Shown here: positions 62,843 to 64,000 of the stretch, one piece after another
How the letters are laid out: every line of letters starts with the position of its first letter
How positions within the stretch are numbered: position 1 is the stretch's first letter
Source of the DNA: Eledone cirrhosa
Taxonomy: Eukaryota
Assembly (NCBI GenBank): GCA_964016885.1
Contig: OZ024747.1
Location: 34,348,001 to 34,412,000 of the forward strand
Reading direction: 5' to 3'
Length of the DNA: 64,000 nucleotides
Made by a program: the position numbers and the translations under genes
Notes under the pieces: generated by a model
The model's input: only the letters and a program-made list of their open reading frames with translations
Told to the model about the DNA's origin: nothing
Database searches by the model: none

Positions 62843-64000
62843 TTACCGTACTTTTGGTAGAGGAGGGATGGTTTTTACATCCCTTTTCACTTGATCGTCT
62901 GGTGAAGGGACCGTTGAATCGTCCCTTCGGCTGGTCGTCGGCTCTTCTAAGAGAATGTCTGAATATACTCTTCGATTAATGGTTCCTCCTAGGTCCCTGA
63001 AATCACCAACTGCGTTGGGGAATTTCGTTTTAATGTTTGTGTATTGTTTCTGTGCTATTTTTAGCAGTCTTATGTTAGTTGGCGTTTTGATTGGTGCTGG
63101 TATTATGTAGTCCTGTTGTGAAATGTCTGTGTGTTCAATTATGTAAGTCATTAGTTTCTTGTTGTGTGTATTTATTGCCGTGCATTTGTTTTTCTGGGGG
63201 TGGGGTGTGGTTCTGCTATTTTCTTGTCGTTGTTGCTGGGTGTGTGTGTTTTGTTGTTGTGTTTGCGATGTTGGTGCTTGTGGTGGTGGTGTTGAAGGTG
63301 TTGTTGGCGGTGGGGTTGTCGCCGGTGGTGATGGTGGCGCTAGTGTGGGTGGTGATGGTGTTGGTGTTGTTGCTGCTGTGGGTCTCTTTGCAGTAGACTT
63401 TACCCTTTTCTCATTTCTTTCCTCACTTTTCAAAGGCGACGATGCGCTGCTTCTGCGTTTGTGCCTTCTTACGACCTTTTGCCATCTCTCTCCCACCTCA
63501 CACTCCATGTCTGATTCTGTGAGGTCGGGGAGGGGTACCAACTCCACTCTTTCACTTGTTGTTGTTGGTGATGTTTGCACTGGAGTCTCTGTTGCAGCTG
63601 CATTTGGTATTGCTGTTGTTGTTGTTAGTATTTCCACTGCTGCTGCTGTTTTTGATTTCCGTGGAGTGGGTATGGGTGCCACGGGCCTATCGTTCCTGGT
63701 TGCCGCTTGTCCTGTTGCTGGTAGCCGTGGAGCCGGATTCGGAAGGAGGGGGGTTTTCTCCTTTCTCAGGGTCTTCTCGTTGCAGAAGGCCCTGAGGTGA
63801 GTCTTCGATCCACAGCGAAAGCATTTCGGGCGTTTGCCCTCAACACTTATGGGCAGTTGAGTGCCGTTATCGAAGTCTATCACATCCGGGATAGCTTCGA
63901 TGCACTCCTGGTTGGTTTGGATTAGCATCTCAATGGAGGAGCCGACCCAATCTTCTCTTACTTTTTTCTGTACTTGCAGTACAGTTGTTTTGTCCTCGAT
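62843..64000 (-). CDS. ORF1 (partial): zinc knuckle, Pro/Thr-rich linker, C-terminal domain
   Basis: CFRCGSKTHLRAFC (CX2CX4HX4C); stops 35 nt upstream of the ORF2 ATG; true start probably lies beyond the window. Confidence 0.88.
   Translation of the reverse strand: MEDKTTVLQVQKKVREDWVGSSIEMLIQTNQECIEAIPDVIDFDNGTQLPISVEGKRPKCFRCGSKTHLRAFCNEKTLRKEKTPLLPNPAPRLPATGQAATRNDRPVAPIPTPRKSKTAAAVEILTTTTAIPNAAATETPVQTSPTTTSERVELVPLPDLTESDMECEVGERWQKVVRRHKRRSSASSPLKSEERNEKRVKSTAKRPTAATTPTPSPPTLAPPSPPATTPPPTTPSTPPPQAPTSQTQQQNTHTQQQRQENSRTTPHPQKNKCTAINTHNKKLMTYIIEHTDISQQDYIIPAPIKTPTNIRLLKIAQKQYTNIKTKFPNAVGDFRDLGGTINRRVYSDILLEEPTTSRRDDSTVPSPDDQVKRDVKTIPPLPKVR

Larger units (their letters stand above)
59126..64000 (-). 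mobile_element. Tx1/L1-clade element, copy B (5' end beyond the window)
   Basis: Intact ORF2, open ORF1, 3' UTR with AATAAA followed by (ATT)n. Confidence 0.94.

Overview
AT-rich, microsatellite-dense animal genomic DNA, most likely a cephalopod (inferred from tRNA-derived SINEs that resemble the Octopus OK/OR families). No host protein-coding gene is recognisable, and the window is almost all retroelement-derived. The left part (1-38.6 kb) holds fragments of several Penelope-like element (PLE) families anchored in (TA)n tracts. It carries about 15 type-I hammerhead ribozyme motifs, many inverted ends and hairpins, a 4-kb head-to-head Naiad-like PLE palindrome boxed by two hammerhead-bearing direct repeats, a 550-bp tandem hammerhead repeat, a small internally deleted Gypsy-type LTR element and SINE arrays. 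The right part (38.6-64 kb) is an uninterrupted 25-kb pile-up of non-LTR retrotransposons joined by (TAA)n tracts. R4/Dong-type RLE elements (two families, one intact 1130-aa ORF) all lie on the + strand. Tx1/L1-type APE elements (one intact 1139-aa ORF2) all lie on the - strand and have near-identical ORF2s but strongly diverged ORF1s. All alignments and RNA folds were done by eye, so boundaries are approximate.
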